NCBI GenBank assembly: GCA_050186295.1
Contig: JBFWYP010000004.1
Location: 81,773 to 145,772 of the forward strand
From: Thermoanaerobaculia bacterium
GTDB lineage: Bacteria; Acidobacteriota; Thermoanaerobaculia; Multivoradales; JAGPDF01
DNA length: 64,000 nucleotides
Direction: 5' to 3'
Part shown: one piece after another, positions 27,328 through 36,082 of the stretch
Position numbering within the stretch: position 1 is the stretch's first letter
Layout: every line of letters starts with the position of its first letter
The notes under the pieces: model-generated
Told to the model about the DNA's origin: nothing
Seen by the model: the letters and a program-made list of their open reading frames with translations, nothing else
The model's database searches: none
Program-made: the position numbers and the translations under genes

Positions 27328-28320
27328 TCACCACCCCCACCTCCCCATCCAGTCGACGGCGTTCGAGAGGGCGTCGATCAGGCCGTGGAGGGCGACGATC
27401 AGGAGCCAGTTCCGGGTGCGCAGCCAGAGGACGCCGAAGAGGAGGCCGGCGACGCCCATGGTGGTGATGCTGTAGGCGAGCGCCAGGGCGAGGGAGGGCG
27501 GTTCGGTCATCCCTTCCAGCGCGGCGGCTCCGCGCAGCCAGAGGCCGGGGGCGTGGGCGAGGCCGAAGACGAGGGCCGCAAGGAAGAGGCCGGCCGCCGG
27601 GGAGCGGGTGAGGGCGGCGAGGCGCGACTGCAGGAGGATGCGGAAGAAGGTCTCCTCCACCAGCCCCGCCTCGAGCGACATCCAGAGGAACGAGAGGACG
27701 AGGCCGACGAGCCAGTGGCGGCCGGCGAGCGAGCCGTCGAGGAACGGGCGGGCGCCGTGGCCGATCAGGAGCTGGATCGCGACCATCGCCGCGCCGAGGA
27801 CGACGAAGGCGAGCCAGCTGCGGTTGCGCGTTCGGGCGTCGGAGGGCGGCCCGGGTGGCCAGCCGAGGCCGAGCGCTTTCGGCAATAGCGGCGATCTCCC
27901 GAGAGCGAATCGATAAGCCGCGAGCGGCACCGCGACGAAGACCGCGAGCTTGAGCAGGAGCTCGACCGTGTCGATCCAGCGCGGGTCCGAGCCCGGCGGC
28001 GCGAACGCCGCGACGAGTCGCCCCTTCGCCGCCAGGAAGAGGACCACCCAGCCGACCAGCGCGGCGAGGAGCCATCCCTCCCGCGCCCGCCGCGCGCCGG
28101 GCGCTCCCGCGCCGGAATCCTCTGGAGCCAGCGGCGGCAGCGGCAGACCGCGGCAGACGAGGAGCGCGACTCCGGGGAGCGCCAGGCCGAAGATCAGGAG
28201 GAGGAAGAGCGGGCCCTCGAGCGGCTTTCCGAGAGCCGCGAGGGTCGCGCCGCCCGCCAGCCAGGCGGCGGCGAAGAGCGCGAAGGCGATGGTCCCGGCC
28301 CGGCTCGCGCGGGCGGTCAT
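27328..28320 (-). CDS. CPBP family intramembrane metalloprotease (second copy, 331 aa)
   Basis: Internal ATG at 28320 gives MTARASRAGTIAFALFAAAWLAGG. Multi-TM protein with motifs EETFFR, FGLAHAPG and HGLIDALSNAV. Confidence 0.7.
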   Translation of the reverse strand: MTARASRAGTIAFALFAAAWLAGGATLAALGKPLEGPLFLLLIFGLALPGVALLVCRGLPLPPLAPEDSGAGAPGARRAREGWLLAALVGWVVLFLAAKGRLVAAFAPPGSDPRWIDTVELLLKLAVFVAVPLAAYRFALGRSPLLPKALGLGWPPGPPSDARTRNRSWLAFVVLGAAMVAIQLLIGHGARPFLDGSLAGRHWLVGLVLSFLWMSLEAGLVEETFFRILLQSRLAALTRSPAAGLFLAALVFGLAHAPGLWLRGAAALEGMTEPPSLALALAYSITTMGVAGLLFGVLWLRTRNWLLIVALHGLIDALSNAVDWMGRWGW

Positions 28321-28526
28321 CCTGTTCGGGTCTCCATGCCCGATCCCCCCGGAAGGTGACAGCGAAAGGGCGACTCTACCCGAGCGCTCCGCGCGGGCCA
28401 GGTCCACGAATTCCGGTCGCCGCTTCGACTGGGGTCATGCCCGTTTCGGCGCCAGGTTCCGGCGCCGATTCGCGTCTCTTTCGACGGGAGGACACAAGTT
28501 GACCACTATGTCATTTCTGACATACC

Positions 28527-28868
28527 ATGGCCGGCGGTGACGAGGAGCGTCCGCTCGTGTGGCTCGGGGGAGAGATTCGCACTCCGCCGCTCTCCCACGC
28601 AGCCCGCGTCGAAGCCGGCCTGCTGCTCCGGCGCCTGCAGGCGGGCGAATCGATCGGCATGCCGTACTGCCGGCCCATGCCGTCGGTCGGCGAGCGCTGC
28701 TACGAGCTGCGAATTCCGGATCGCGCGACCAGTTGGCGCATCGTCTTCCGGCTCGACGCAGATGCCGTCGTGCTGCTCGAGGTCTTCGCGAAGAAGACGC
28801 GGGCAACCCCATCGTCGGTGATCCAGACCTGCAGGCGGAGGCTCCGCAGGTACGAAGGGAGAGTGTGA
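28527..28868 (+). CDS. higB: Type II toxin, Gp49-like/HigB-like RelE/ParE superfamily
   Basis: A 113-aa protein. ERPLVWLGG...CYELRIPDRATSWRIVFRLDADAVVLLEVFAKKT matches the Gp49/HigB pattern. It is followed 25 nt later by an XRE-HTH gene. Confidence 0.65.
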   Translation: MAGGDEERPLVWLGGEIRTPPLSHAARVEAGLLLRRLQAGESIGMPYCRPMPSVGERCYELRIPDRATSWRIVFRLDADAVVLLEVFAKKTRATPSSVIQTCRRRLRRYEGRV

Positions 28869-28893
28869 TGCACGGAATCGTCGGAGAGATCCC

Positions 28894-29211
28894 ATGAAAC
28901 CCGCCAAGCGCGCGCGGCTCGAAGCCTCCGGCTGGACTGTCGGTACGGCGGCGGAGTTCCTCGCTCTCGACGAGATCGAGTCGGCGATCGTCGACCTGCG
29001 ACTGACCCTCGGCCGGTCCCTTCGCGATCGGCGGACCCGCAGAGGACTCACCCAGTCGGAGCTCGCGCGGCAACTCGGTTCGAGTCAGTCGCGGGTGGCG
29101 AAGATGGAGGCCGCGGACGCCTCGGTATCGCTCGACCTGCTGATCCGCTCGCTTGTCGCACTCGGAGCGCGATCGAAGGAGATCGCGCGGGCCATCGCAC
29201 CCGGTTCCTGA
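28894..29211 (+). CDS. higA: XRE-family HTH antitoxin (HigA-like)
   Basis: A 105-aa protein. LRDRRTRRGLTQSELARQLGSSQSRVAKME is a canonical HTH_XRE. A GGAGAG RBS precedes the start. It pairs with the upstream toxin. Confidence 0.7.
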   Translation: MKPAKRARLEASGWTVGTAAEFLALDEIESAIVDLRLTLGRSLRDRRTRRGLTQSELARQLGSSQSRVAKMEAADASVSLDLLIRSLVALGARSKEIARAIAPGS

Positions 29212-29310
29212 CCGCGGCTCCCGCCCCGCCCCCCCTCCCCCACTTTCGTCAGATCGCTCCCCTGCCGAAGAGACGTTCCGGCCGCTTGCGGGCGGCGGCA
29301 GAGTTCCCGC

Positions 29311-30546
29311 ATGGACGACAACCGGCAGGGATCGAAGCGCAGCGAGTGGAATCTCTGGCAGCTCTGGGGGCTCTGGGCCCTGGTCGGCTTCTACGCCGCG
29401 GCGGCGGCGTTCGCGCAGAGCGACCCTCTGCCCCTCACCGCCGAGCTCCAGGTCAACCAGTTCGCGACCGGCGGGCAGGAAGCGCCAAGGGTCGCCATGA
29501 GTCCCACCGGCGTCCACGTGGTCGTCTGGTCGAGCCCGGGTCAGGACGGCGACGGCGTCGGGGTCATCCTCCGGCGGTTCCCCGCCGACGGAAGCGCCCC
29601 GTTCAACGAGTCCGTCCTCAACCAGTCGACGACGGGGGATCAGGGGCTCTCCGACATCGGGATGAATGCGAACGGCAACTGGATCGCGGTCTGGAGGAAC
29701 TTTGCCGGTGGCGCCTCGGTCCGAGGCCGCGCCGCGAGCAACGGCGGCACGACGTTGGGGAGCGAGTTCGAGATCTCCCAGACCACGCAACCCGTCGACG
29801 GACCCGCAGCAGCCCGCACCAACGACGGCGGCTTCGTCGCGTCCTGGGGAGCCAACGTCGGCGTGCGCTTCTTCGACAACTCTCTGCAGCCGGTCACCGG
29901 CGACATCTCCCCCGCCCCGGCGCTCAGCGGGATCTTCCGACCGAGGGTCGCGGCGCTGCCGCTCGCCGGCTCGGTCGTCGCGATGGCCGCCGCCGACAAC
30001 GACGTGAACGGCGTCTTCGCGCAGCGCTTCGACGCCGCCGGCGATCCTGTGGGAGATCTGATCCCGGTGCCGGAGAACGAGAGCCACGACCAGAAGTTCG
30101 CCGTGGTGGACGCCGCCGCGGACGGGAGCTTCGTGATCGCCTGGCAGGACACCCCGGACGGAGTCCGCGTGCGCTGTTTCGAGGCCGACGGCACGCCCCG
30201 GAGCGCCGAGATTCCCGTCTCCGGCGTCTCGGTCTCTCCCGAGATCGCCGTCTCCCCCGGCGGAGCGTTCGTGGTGACCTACTCCGTTACCGAAGTCCTG
30301 GCCCGCGAGTTCGACCGCACCTGCCAGCCGATCGGACCCGAATTCCTGGCGAACACCACCACCTCCGGCTTCCAGGCCGGTTCCGCCGCCGCGGCCGGAA
30401 ACGACCGCTTCGTGATCGTCTGGCACTCCGCGAATCTCGACGGCGACGGGCTCGGGATCGCCCGCCGCATCTTCCGCTTCCGCTCGATCTTCTCGGACAA
30501 CTTCGAGAGCGGCGACGACGGCGCGTGGAGCAACGGGTCGCTCTGA
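29311..30546 (+). CDS. Secreted repeat (beta-propeller-like) protein with a C-terminal FESGDDGAWS tail
   Basis: Signal peptide MDDNRQGSKRSEWNLWQLWGLWALVGFYAAAAAFAQS. Repeats of W..(Q/N)DGDG.GV..RRF...G (GVHVVVWSSPGQDGDGVGVILRRF; FVIAWQDTPDGVRVRCF; FVIVWHSANLDGDGLGIARRIF). The C-terminus is FSDNFESGDDGAWSNGSL. Confidence 0.65.
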   Translation: MDDNRQGSKRSEWNLWQLWGLWALVGFYAAAAAFAQSDPLPLTAELQVNQFATGGQEAPRVAMSPTGVHVVVWSSPGQDGDGVGVILRRFPADGSAPFNESVLNQSTTGDQGLSDIGMNANGNWIAVWRNFAGGASVRGRAASNGGTTLGSEFEISQTTQPVDGPAAARTNDGGFVASWGANVGVRFFDNSLQPVTGDISPAPALSGIFRPRVAALPLAGSVVAMAAADNDVNGVFAQRFDAAGDPVGDLIPVPENESHDQKFAVVDAAADGSFVIAWQDTPDGVRVRCFEADGTPRSAEIPVSGVSVSPEIAVSPGGAFVVTYSVTEVLAREFDRTCQPIGPEFLANTTTSGFQAGSAAAAGNDRFVIVWHSANLDGDGLGIARRIFRFRSIFSDNFESGDDGAWSNGSL

Positions 30547-30639
30547 AGAGGGCGCGCCCGCAGAACGAAACAGGGAGCCGGCAGTTCACCGGCTCCCTGT
30601 TCGGTCTTCGTGGTGGCGGTCCGCCGCCCGAGGCTCGGG

Positions 30640-32028
30640 TCAGGCGTGCCGGCGACGGCGCAGCAGCAGCACGGCGAGAGCCGCCATCGCGAGCGCCAGG
30701 GCGAGCAGGCCCCAGGACGACAGGGTCGGCACGGTCAGCGGATTCTCGGTGACATTGAGCGTCGCCGTGGCCGTCGCCTCGGCCGAGGCGCCGCTCTGGT
30801 CGGACGCCGTCCAGGTCGCCACGTTGGTCACCGAGGCGGTCGCCACGTGCTCGACGTTGACCCAGGCGGAGGCCCCCGGGACGAGGACGTACGAGAATCC
30901 GGAGAGGATGGTCCCGAGCTGCGAATCGACCAGGTCGTGGGTGTCGAAGCTGACCGTGCCCGTGTTGGTGACCAGGAAGCAGTACTGCACGACAGTCCCC
31001 ACGGGCACCTCGAGGACGCTCTCGGTCGCGCACAGGTTCTCGTCGAGGCCGACCGTCTTCTCGAGGGTGATCTCCGGCGTCCCGGGGGCGCCGAGCCAGG
31101 CGCCGGCCGAGAAGATCTCGAAGGTGGTCCACGGGTTGTTGAGCGGCGTCTGGAACGCGGCGAGAGCGAAGTCCCAGATGTAGACCGAGCCCGGCTCGTC
31201 GGTGACGAAATAGGCGCGGCCGTCGCCGATCGTCAGGCCGTCGATGTCGACCTCGGCGTTCGGATACGGAGTGATCAGGGTCGCCGTTCCGTCCATGTTG
31301 ATGCGGAAGAGGCCGTTCCCGTTCGGCGTCGTGTCGTCGTTCGTGCCGTAGAACTCACCGGTCGCCGGGTCGACGGCCAGGCCGCCGAAGTCGAAGTCGC
31401 CGTCGGTGTAGTCGATGAACACCGTCGCGACGAGCGTGTTGGTGTCGATCGTCCAGATCGCCTCGTTGGCGATGTTCTTGGTGCCGTAGAGGACGCCGTT
31501 GTAGAAGGCGAGCGAGACTATCGCCTGCGGCGCGCCCGTGCCGTCGACGATCGTCCCCAGCGAGGAGACGGCGCCGCCCACGGGCCAGACCAGCAGCGTC
31601 GATCCACTGTTGAAATAGACCTGATCGCCGACCGGATCGTAGGCCGAGCCCCAGACCTGGTTGCCGGAGAAGGCGGTCGAGAAGGCGTTGGTCACGACGT
31701 CGATCCGCTGCGCGTCGACCGCGGTGTTGTCGACACCGACGAAGAGCGGGCCGGGCGTCGGCCCGTCGAGAACCGAGATGCCAGGGGCTGCTCCGCCGAG
31801 CGACGGATCCAGGCGGACCGCGCGGTCACGCCGGTTCGTCGTCCGTGCCCGGGGTCCCGGTGCGACCCGGGCGCTGCCGGCAGCCGCCTGCTCGGCGGCC
31901 AGCGACCGCGTCTGCTCGGCGGCGGTCTCCGGACTCTCTTGGTCGGCCGCGACGAGCGCCGGCGCCAGGAGCAGGAGAAGGGGGAGAAGCGCGGCGGCGA
32001 CCCGGCGAAAGCTCTGCGGACTCTGCAT
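30640..32028 (-). CDS. IPTL-CTERM exosortase-sorted surface protein with a DUF11-like repeat domain
   Basis: Signal peptide MQSPQSFRRVAAALLPLLLLLAPALVAA. The C-terminus VPTLSSWGLLALALAMAALAVLLLRRRRHA matches the IPTL-CTERM motif plus TM helix plus Arg cluster. A DUF11-like segment (TVGLDENLCATESVLEVPVGTVVQYCFLVTNTGTVSF) precedes it. Confidence 0.75.
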   Translation of the reverse strand: MQSPQSFRRVAAALLPLLLLLAPALVAADQESPETAAEQTRSLAAEQAAAGSARVAPGPRARTTNRRDRAVRLDPSLGGAAPGISVLDGPTPGPLFVGVDNTAVDAQRIDVVTNAFSTAFSGNQVWGSAYDPVGDQVYFNSGSTLLVWPVGGAVSSLGTIVDGTGAPQAIVSLAFYNGVLYGTKNIANEAIWTIDTNTLVATVFIDYTDGDFDFGGLAVDPATGEFYGTNDDTTPNGNGLFRINMDGTATLITPYPNAEVDIDGLTIGDGRAYFVTDEPGSVYIWDFALAAFQTPLNNPWTTFEIFSAGAWLGAPGTPEITLEKTVGLDENLCATESVLEVPVGTVVQYCFLVTNTGTVSFDTHDLVDSQLGTILSGFSYVLVPGASAWVNVEHVATASVTNVATWTASDQSGASAEATATATLNVTENPLTVPTLSSWGLLALALAMAALAVLLLRRRRHA

Positions 32029-32212
32029 GGGACCTCCTTGGCGTAGTGGAAAAGGCCTGCGGCCGAGCGGTCCGACGTTCCGGACCGGGCGCCCACGTCA
32101 CGGATGGTTCGAGAACCGATGGTAGCACCCGGTGGAGGGCGGCGCCCTTCGATCGGCTCCGGGCGGCCCCGCGGGCGGGACGGACTCCCGATCCTGCCGG
32201 GAGCCGCGCTCT

Positions 32213-33955
32213 TCAGCGATGTTCGGCGAGCTCGGGCGTCAGGTCGACGCCGTAGCTCGCGGCGACGCTGCCGTGGCGCGGATCGTCGGGCTGGTGGGCG
32301 TAGTCCCAGCTCCAGCGCTCGACGCGCAGGGCGGTGATCCGCTCCCCCGGCGCGGCGGTCCGGTTCCAGGCGCGGCCGACAGCGCGCAGGAACTCCTTCG
32401 CCACCGGCTCCGTCGCCGGCCGGAAGCCGTGGCGGACGATGCGGCGGTAGCGCGCGTCGCGGAGCGCCGGAATCGCCGCCTCGACCGGCGCCTTCCCCTC
32501 CTCCCCCGAGGCGTAGGTCGCGCGCACCGCGTACCAGTCGACGCGGCCGGTGAGGTTCGGGTTCGAGTACATCTGCATGGCGGTCAACGGATACTCTTCG
32601 AGCCGCACGACCCAGAGCGTGACGAAGAGCGCGACGAGGAGGCGGAAGCGGCGCGGCCAGTCGATCGCCACCGCGCCGCCGGTCGCTTCGAAGGCGGGCG
32701 CGAGGGCCCGCGGACCGGCGGGAGCCGGACGCCGGAGACGTGCGAGGAGCCAGCGCTTCGCCGGCCGCCAGTCGTAGAAGATCGCCTGCAGCAGGACGAG
32801 GTCGAAGAAGAGGACGTTCTGCAGCACCCAGATCGACAGGTGCATGCCGATCGTGAGGAGCGGCAGGAGGCGGCGCGCGCGGGCCGAGAAGAGGACGAGA
32901 CCGAAGCTCGTCTCGGCGACGATCGTGCCGATGCCGAAGAGCCAGAAGAGGGCGTCCGGCGCGTGCACCAGGCGGAGCGAGAAGCTCCAGTCGAACTGCA
33001 TCGGATTGAGCGTGTCCATGAGGAGCAGGCTCTTGAGGTTCTCCGGGTAGGTCCACTCGACGCCGGCGCGCCGCAGCTTGCTCAGGCCCGCTTCGACGTA
33101 CGGCAGCGCGAGCGCCGTCCAGACGAGGAAGCGCGCCCAGCCGTAGGCGACGCTCTCGCCCGCCGGATCGGGCAGCGGCACCGCGGCGTCATCGGCTCCG
33201 GCGCTCCGGCGCGCCCGTCCGCCGAGCCAGCGGTCGAGCGAGAAACCGTCGCCGCAGGGGGTGAACGAGAGGACGAAGAGGAGGTACATCGGCACCAGAC
33301 CGGTGTGGTAGAACCAGGCGTAGGAGCGGAAGATCCCGGCGAAGACGAGGTAGGAGAGCGCGGCGAGCGGCACGCTCCAGCGCGTGCGGAAGCCGAGGAG
33401 CGCCGCCACCAGCAGGACGATCGTCACGCCCTGGAAGAGGGCGAGCGCGAACGGCGCGGTGAGGAACGAGCCGAAACCGATCGGCGCCGCATCGAAGAGC
33501 CGGAGCACCCCCTCCGGTTTCCACATCGCACGCGGCAGGAGCGCGCTGCTCGGCAGGTCCTCCCAGACGGCGCTCACCAGCAGCACGAACGAGACCCAGG
33601 CGCGGATCGCGCCCAGCATGCCGGCGGAGGCCGGCGGCACGAACCGGGCGGCGAAGCCGGCGCCGCGGCTCGAGCTCGCGAACAGCCGGTAGCCGACGAC
33701 GCCGACGAGGAGCCAGCGGATCGTGGTGCGCCAGGCGCCGAGGCAGTCGGCGAGGGTCGGATAGCCGCGGAGACCCGCGGCGGCGCGCGCCACGAGCCCT
33801 CCCCCTTCACCGGCCGGCGCGTGGGCGTAGAGCCAGGCGATCGCCTGCGGCGCCGCGAGCTCGCCGAGGAGGAGCCAGACAGCGACCAGCAGCAGGAGAG
33901 GACGCCACTGCCGGGCCTCCTCCCCGGCGGCGGCGGTCCGTTCGCGGCGGCTCAT
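32213..33955 (-). CDS. HTTM-like (vitamin K-dependent gamma-carboxylase-related) polytopic membrane protein
   Basis: Internal ATG at 33955 gives MSRRERTAAAGEEARQWRPLLLLVAVWLLL. It has many TM helices. The start overlaps the stop of the upstream DCC gene by 4 nt. DCC and HTTM are classic neighbours. Confidence 0.55.
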   Translation of the reverse strand: MSRRERTAAAGEEARQWRPLLLLVAVWLLLGELAAPQAIAWLYAHAPAGEGGGLVARAAAGLRGYPTLADCLGAWRTTIRWLLVGVVGYRLFASSSRGAGFAARFVPPASAGMLGAIRAWVSFVLLVSAVWEDLPSSALLPRAMWKPEGVLRLFDAAPIGFGSFLTAPFALALFQGVTIVLLVAALLGFRTRWSVPLAALSYLVFAGIFRSYAWFYHTGLVPMYLLFVLSFTPCGDGFSLDRWLGGRARRSAGADDAAVPLPDPAGESVAYGWARFLVWTALALPYVEAGLSKLRRAGVEWTYPENLKSLLLMDTLNPMQFDWSFSLRLVHAPDALFWLFGIGTIVAETSFGLVLFSARARRLLPLLTIGMHLSIWVLQNVLFFDLVLLQAIFYDWRPAKRWLLARLRRPAPAGPRALAPAFEATGGAVAIDWPRRFRLLVALFVTLWVVRLEEYPLTAMQMYSNPNLTGRVDWYAVRATYASGEEGKAPVEAAIPALRDARYRRIVRHGFRPATEPVAKEFLRAVGRAWNRTAAPGERITALRVERWSWDYAHQPDDPRHGSVAASYGVDLTPELAEHR

Positions 33956-34368
33956 GGCAGGAAGCGGTCGCGGAGCTCGGGCGTCGGCAGCCAGCAGACC
34001 TCCTGGCGGCCGAACCAGCGGTAGCGGTTCCGCGCCACGAAGTCGTAGACCAGGTCGCGCAGCGGCCGCGGCACGACGCGGAAAAGGGAGAGGAGCCACC
34101 AGCCGCCACCGACCCGCCGCGCCACCTCGAGCGCCGCCGAGCTCTTCACCCAGAGGCGGTCGCCGTCGACCAGGACGACAGTGTCCATGGCATCGAGCGG
34201 CAGCTCGTGCCGCGCGAGGAGCTCGCGCGCCGCGTCGGACTGCAGCGAGGCGAAGCGGAAGCGCTTCGCCGCGTCGTGGCGGATCACCCACTGCACCGAA
34301 CCGTTGCAGAGATTGCAGACGCCGTCGAAGAGGAGCGTCGGATGGGACAGAGGGGCGGGGTTGACCAT
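33952..34368 (-). CDS. DCC1-like thiol-disulfide oxidoreductase (DUF393)
   Basis: TLLFDGVCNLCNGSVQWVIRHD...FRFASLQS is the diagnostic N-terminus with the CxxC motif. Confidence 0.8.
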   Translation of the reverse strand: MVNPAPLSHPTLLFDGVCNLCNGSVQWVIRHDAAKRFRFASLQSDAARELLARHELPLDAMDTVVLVDGDRLWVKSSAALEVARRVGGGWWLLSLFRVVPRPLRDLVYDFVARNRYRWFGRQEVCWLPTPELRDRFLP

Positions 34369-34927
34369 CGACGCGGGGGAAGGTAGGACCAGTCTATCGC
34401 CGCTGCGGCGCGCGGGCGCGTCCCGGTTCGCGGCGCGGCGACCGATCGATCCTCATCGGCGCCATCGGGGAGAAGATCGAACGGATCGTCCGGCACGGAA
34501 GCGGAGCACCCGCCCGGCGGCGACCGAATGGCGCGGCCCGGTTTCGATCTCCGGCTCGCCGGCGGCCGGCGGCGGCGCGCCGTAGCGCGCCTCGAGCTCT
34601 TCCAGGATCCGGTCGGCGCGGAGGCGGATCCGCTCGACGCGCTGTCGCAGGAGGTCGACCGGGCGCACGTCGCCCCCGTCGTCCCCGATTCGGGGCGCCT
34701 CCCGCCACGGCTCGCCGGGAAACCCGGCACTCTCAAGCTGCGATTCCTCGCCCATCGCCACCTCGGCTTTCGTCGTCCTCACCCATAAGAACGAACGAGA
34801 GGGCCGAACCGGGCGCCTCCCCTCCGGAGGCGGGGGCACTAGAATCGCCCCGCGATTCCGGTCGTCACGGAGCGCTTCCCGGTCGCCGTGCGGCGGGAGG
34901 GGGCGCTCCTTTCCTCAGGGGGAGCTC

Positions 34928-35368
34928 ATGGGTCGAGCCATCGGTGGTGCGGTCGTGGGATACGTCGTCGACTTCGTCGTCATGCTCGGGCTGATGACGG
35001 TGGCCTGGTTCGCGCTCGGCGCGGACGGCGCCTTCCGGCCCGGGGTCTGGGAGGTGACGACGCTCTGGATCCTCCTGCTGTTCGTCGCCTCGTTCGCCTC
35101 CGGCTATGTCGGCGGCACGGTCGCCGTGAAGGTCGCGGCGAGCGCCCGCGGCGCGACGTTCCTCGCCGTCCTGATCGTCGCGCTCACCATCGTCTTCGAG
35201 TTTCCGGTGGTCGCCGGCTGGGTGCCGATGCCGCCGCTGCCGCGCCCCGACGACCTGCCGATGTTCGAAGCGATGGGCAACGGTCGGCAGCCGCTCTGGT
35301 CGCTGGTGCTCCACCCGCTCCTGGGCGCCGCAGGCGCGCTCCTCGCCGGTCGTCGCCGGGCGGCCTGA
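34928..35368 (+). CDS. Small hypothetical membrane protein (4 predicted TM helices)
   Basis: A GGGGGAG RBS precedes the ATG. The hydrophobic segments are protein-like. Confidence 0.5.
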   Translation: MGRAIGGAVVGYVVDFVVMLGLMTVAWFALGADGAFRPGVWEVTTLWILLLFVASFASGYVGGTVAVKVAASARGATFLAVLIVALTIVFEFPVVAGWVPMPPLPRPDDLPMFEAMGNGRQPLWSLVLHPLLGAAGALLAGRRRAA

Positions 35369-35384
35369 GGCGACCGCGCGGGCG

Positions 35385-36011
35385 TCAGATCGCGCCGGTC
35401 GCCGAGCTCCAGCGGCAGTTGCTGCCGCTTTCGAACTCGAAGCTGTCGGAGTAGATCTCGCCGTCGAAGCCCAGGTAGAGCCGGTCCCATTCGACCGTGA
35501 ACTGCGGCTCGCCGATCTGGGCAATGATGTTGTCGACGCTGAACCGGACCCCTTGCACTCCGTTCGGAAGGTTGACCTCGCCGAGGATGCGGGTCCAGAT
35601 GGGCGAGCTCGGCCCCGCCACGGTCGGCGTGAAGCTTGCGCCACCCTGACAGCCGGAATCGTTGAAGAGGGTGAGATAGATGCGCGAGTAGACGTTGGCC
35701 GTGGTGCGGTAGTCGCCGCCGAGGAAGATCGTCGGGTGGACGGCCGAATCGATCGCGATGCAGCCGATCGTCTCGAAGAAGAAGAACTGGTTGCCGCCGC
35801 CCGAGACCCCCGAGGTCCCCTCGAGCGCCTGCGACGTCGTGCAGTGCGCCTGGTCGGCGACGAGCTGCACGCTGCCCGTTTCGACGATCCAGCCGTCCGT
35901 TCCCTGGCCGACGTCGAAGGCCGGATTGGAGAGCAGATTCTGGGCGGACGATCCGCTCGCAAAACCGAACGCGACGAACACGAACAGGGCACCGATCGCC
36001 TGATGGCGCAT
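35385..36011 (-). CDS. Secreted hypothetical protein with a C-terminal FEFESGSNCRWS tail
   Basis: ATG at 36011 has a GGAGGAGG RBS 7 nt upstream. Signal peptide MRHQAIGALFVFVAFGFASGSSAQ. The C-terminus is EIYSDSFEFESGSNCRWSSATGAI. Confidence 0.65.
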   Translation of the reverse strand: MRHQAIGALFVFVAFGFASGSSAQNLLSNPAFDVGQGTDGWIVETGSVQLVADQAHCTTSQALEGTSGVSGGGNQFFFFETIGCIAIDSAVHPTIFLGGDYRTTANVYSRIYLTLFNDSGCQGGASFTPTVAGPSSPIWTRILGEVNLPNGVQGVRFSVDNIIAQIGEPQFTVEWDRLYLGFDGEIYSDSFEFESGSNCRWSSATGAI

Positions 36012-36082
36012 GACGAGCCTCCTCCGGGGCCGGCGGACAGTAGCCCACTCCCGGGAGGAAAGAAAGAGGAATCTTCGCCGCG

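Noticed and set aside
34453-34839. 128-aa minus-strand ORF in the 560-nt gap between the DCC gene and the small membrane protein gene
   Set aside because: It has a weakly protein-like, Arg/Pro-rich N-terminus and no family signal. It could still be a small gene or the region may hold a regulatory RNA. There is insufficient evidence either way.
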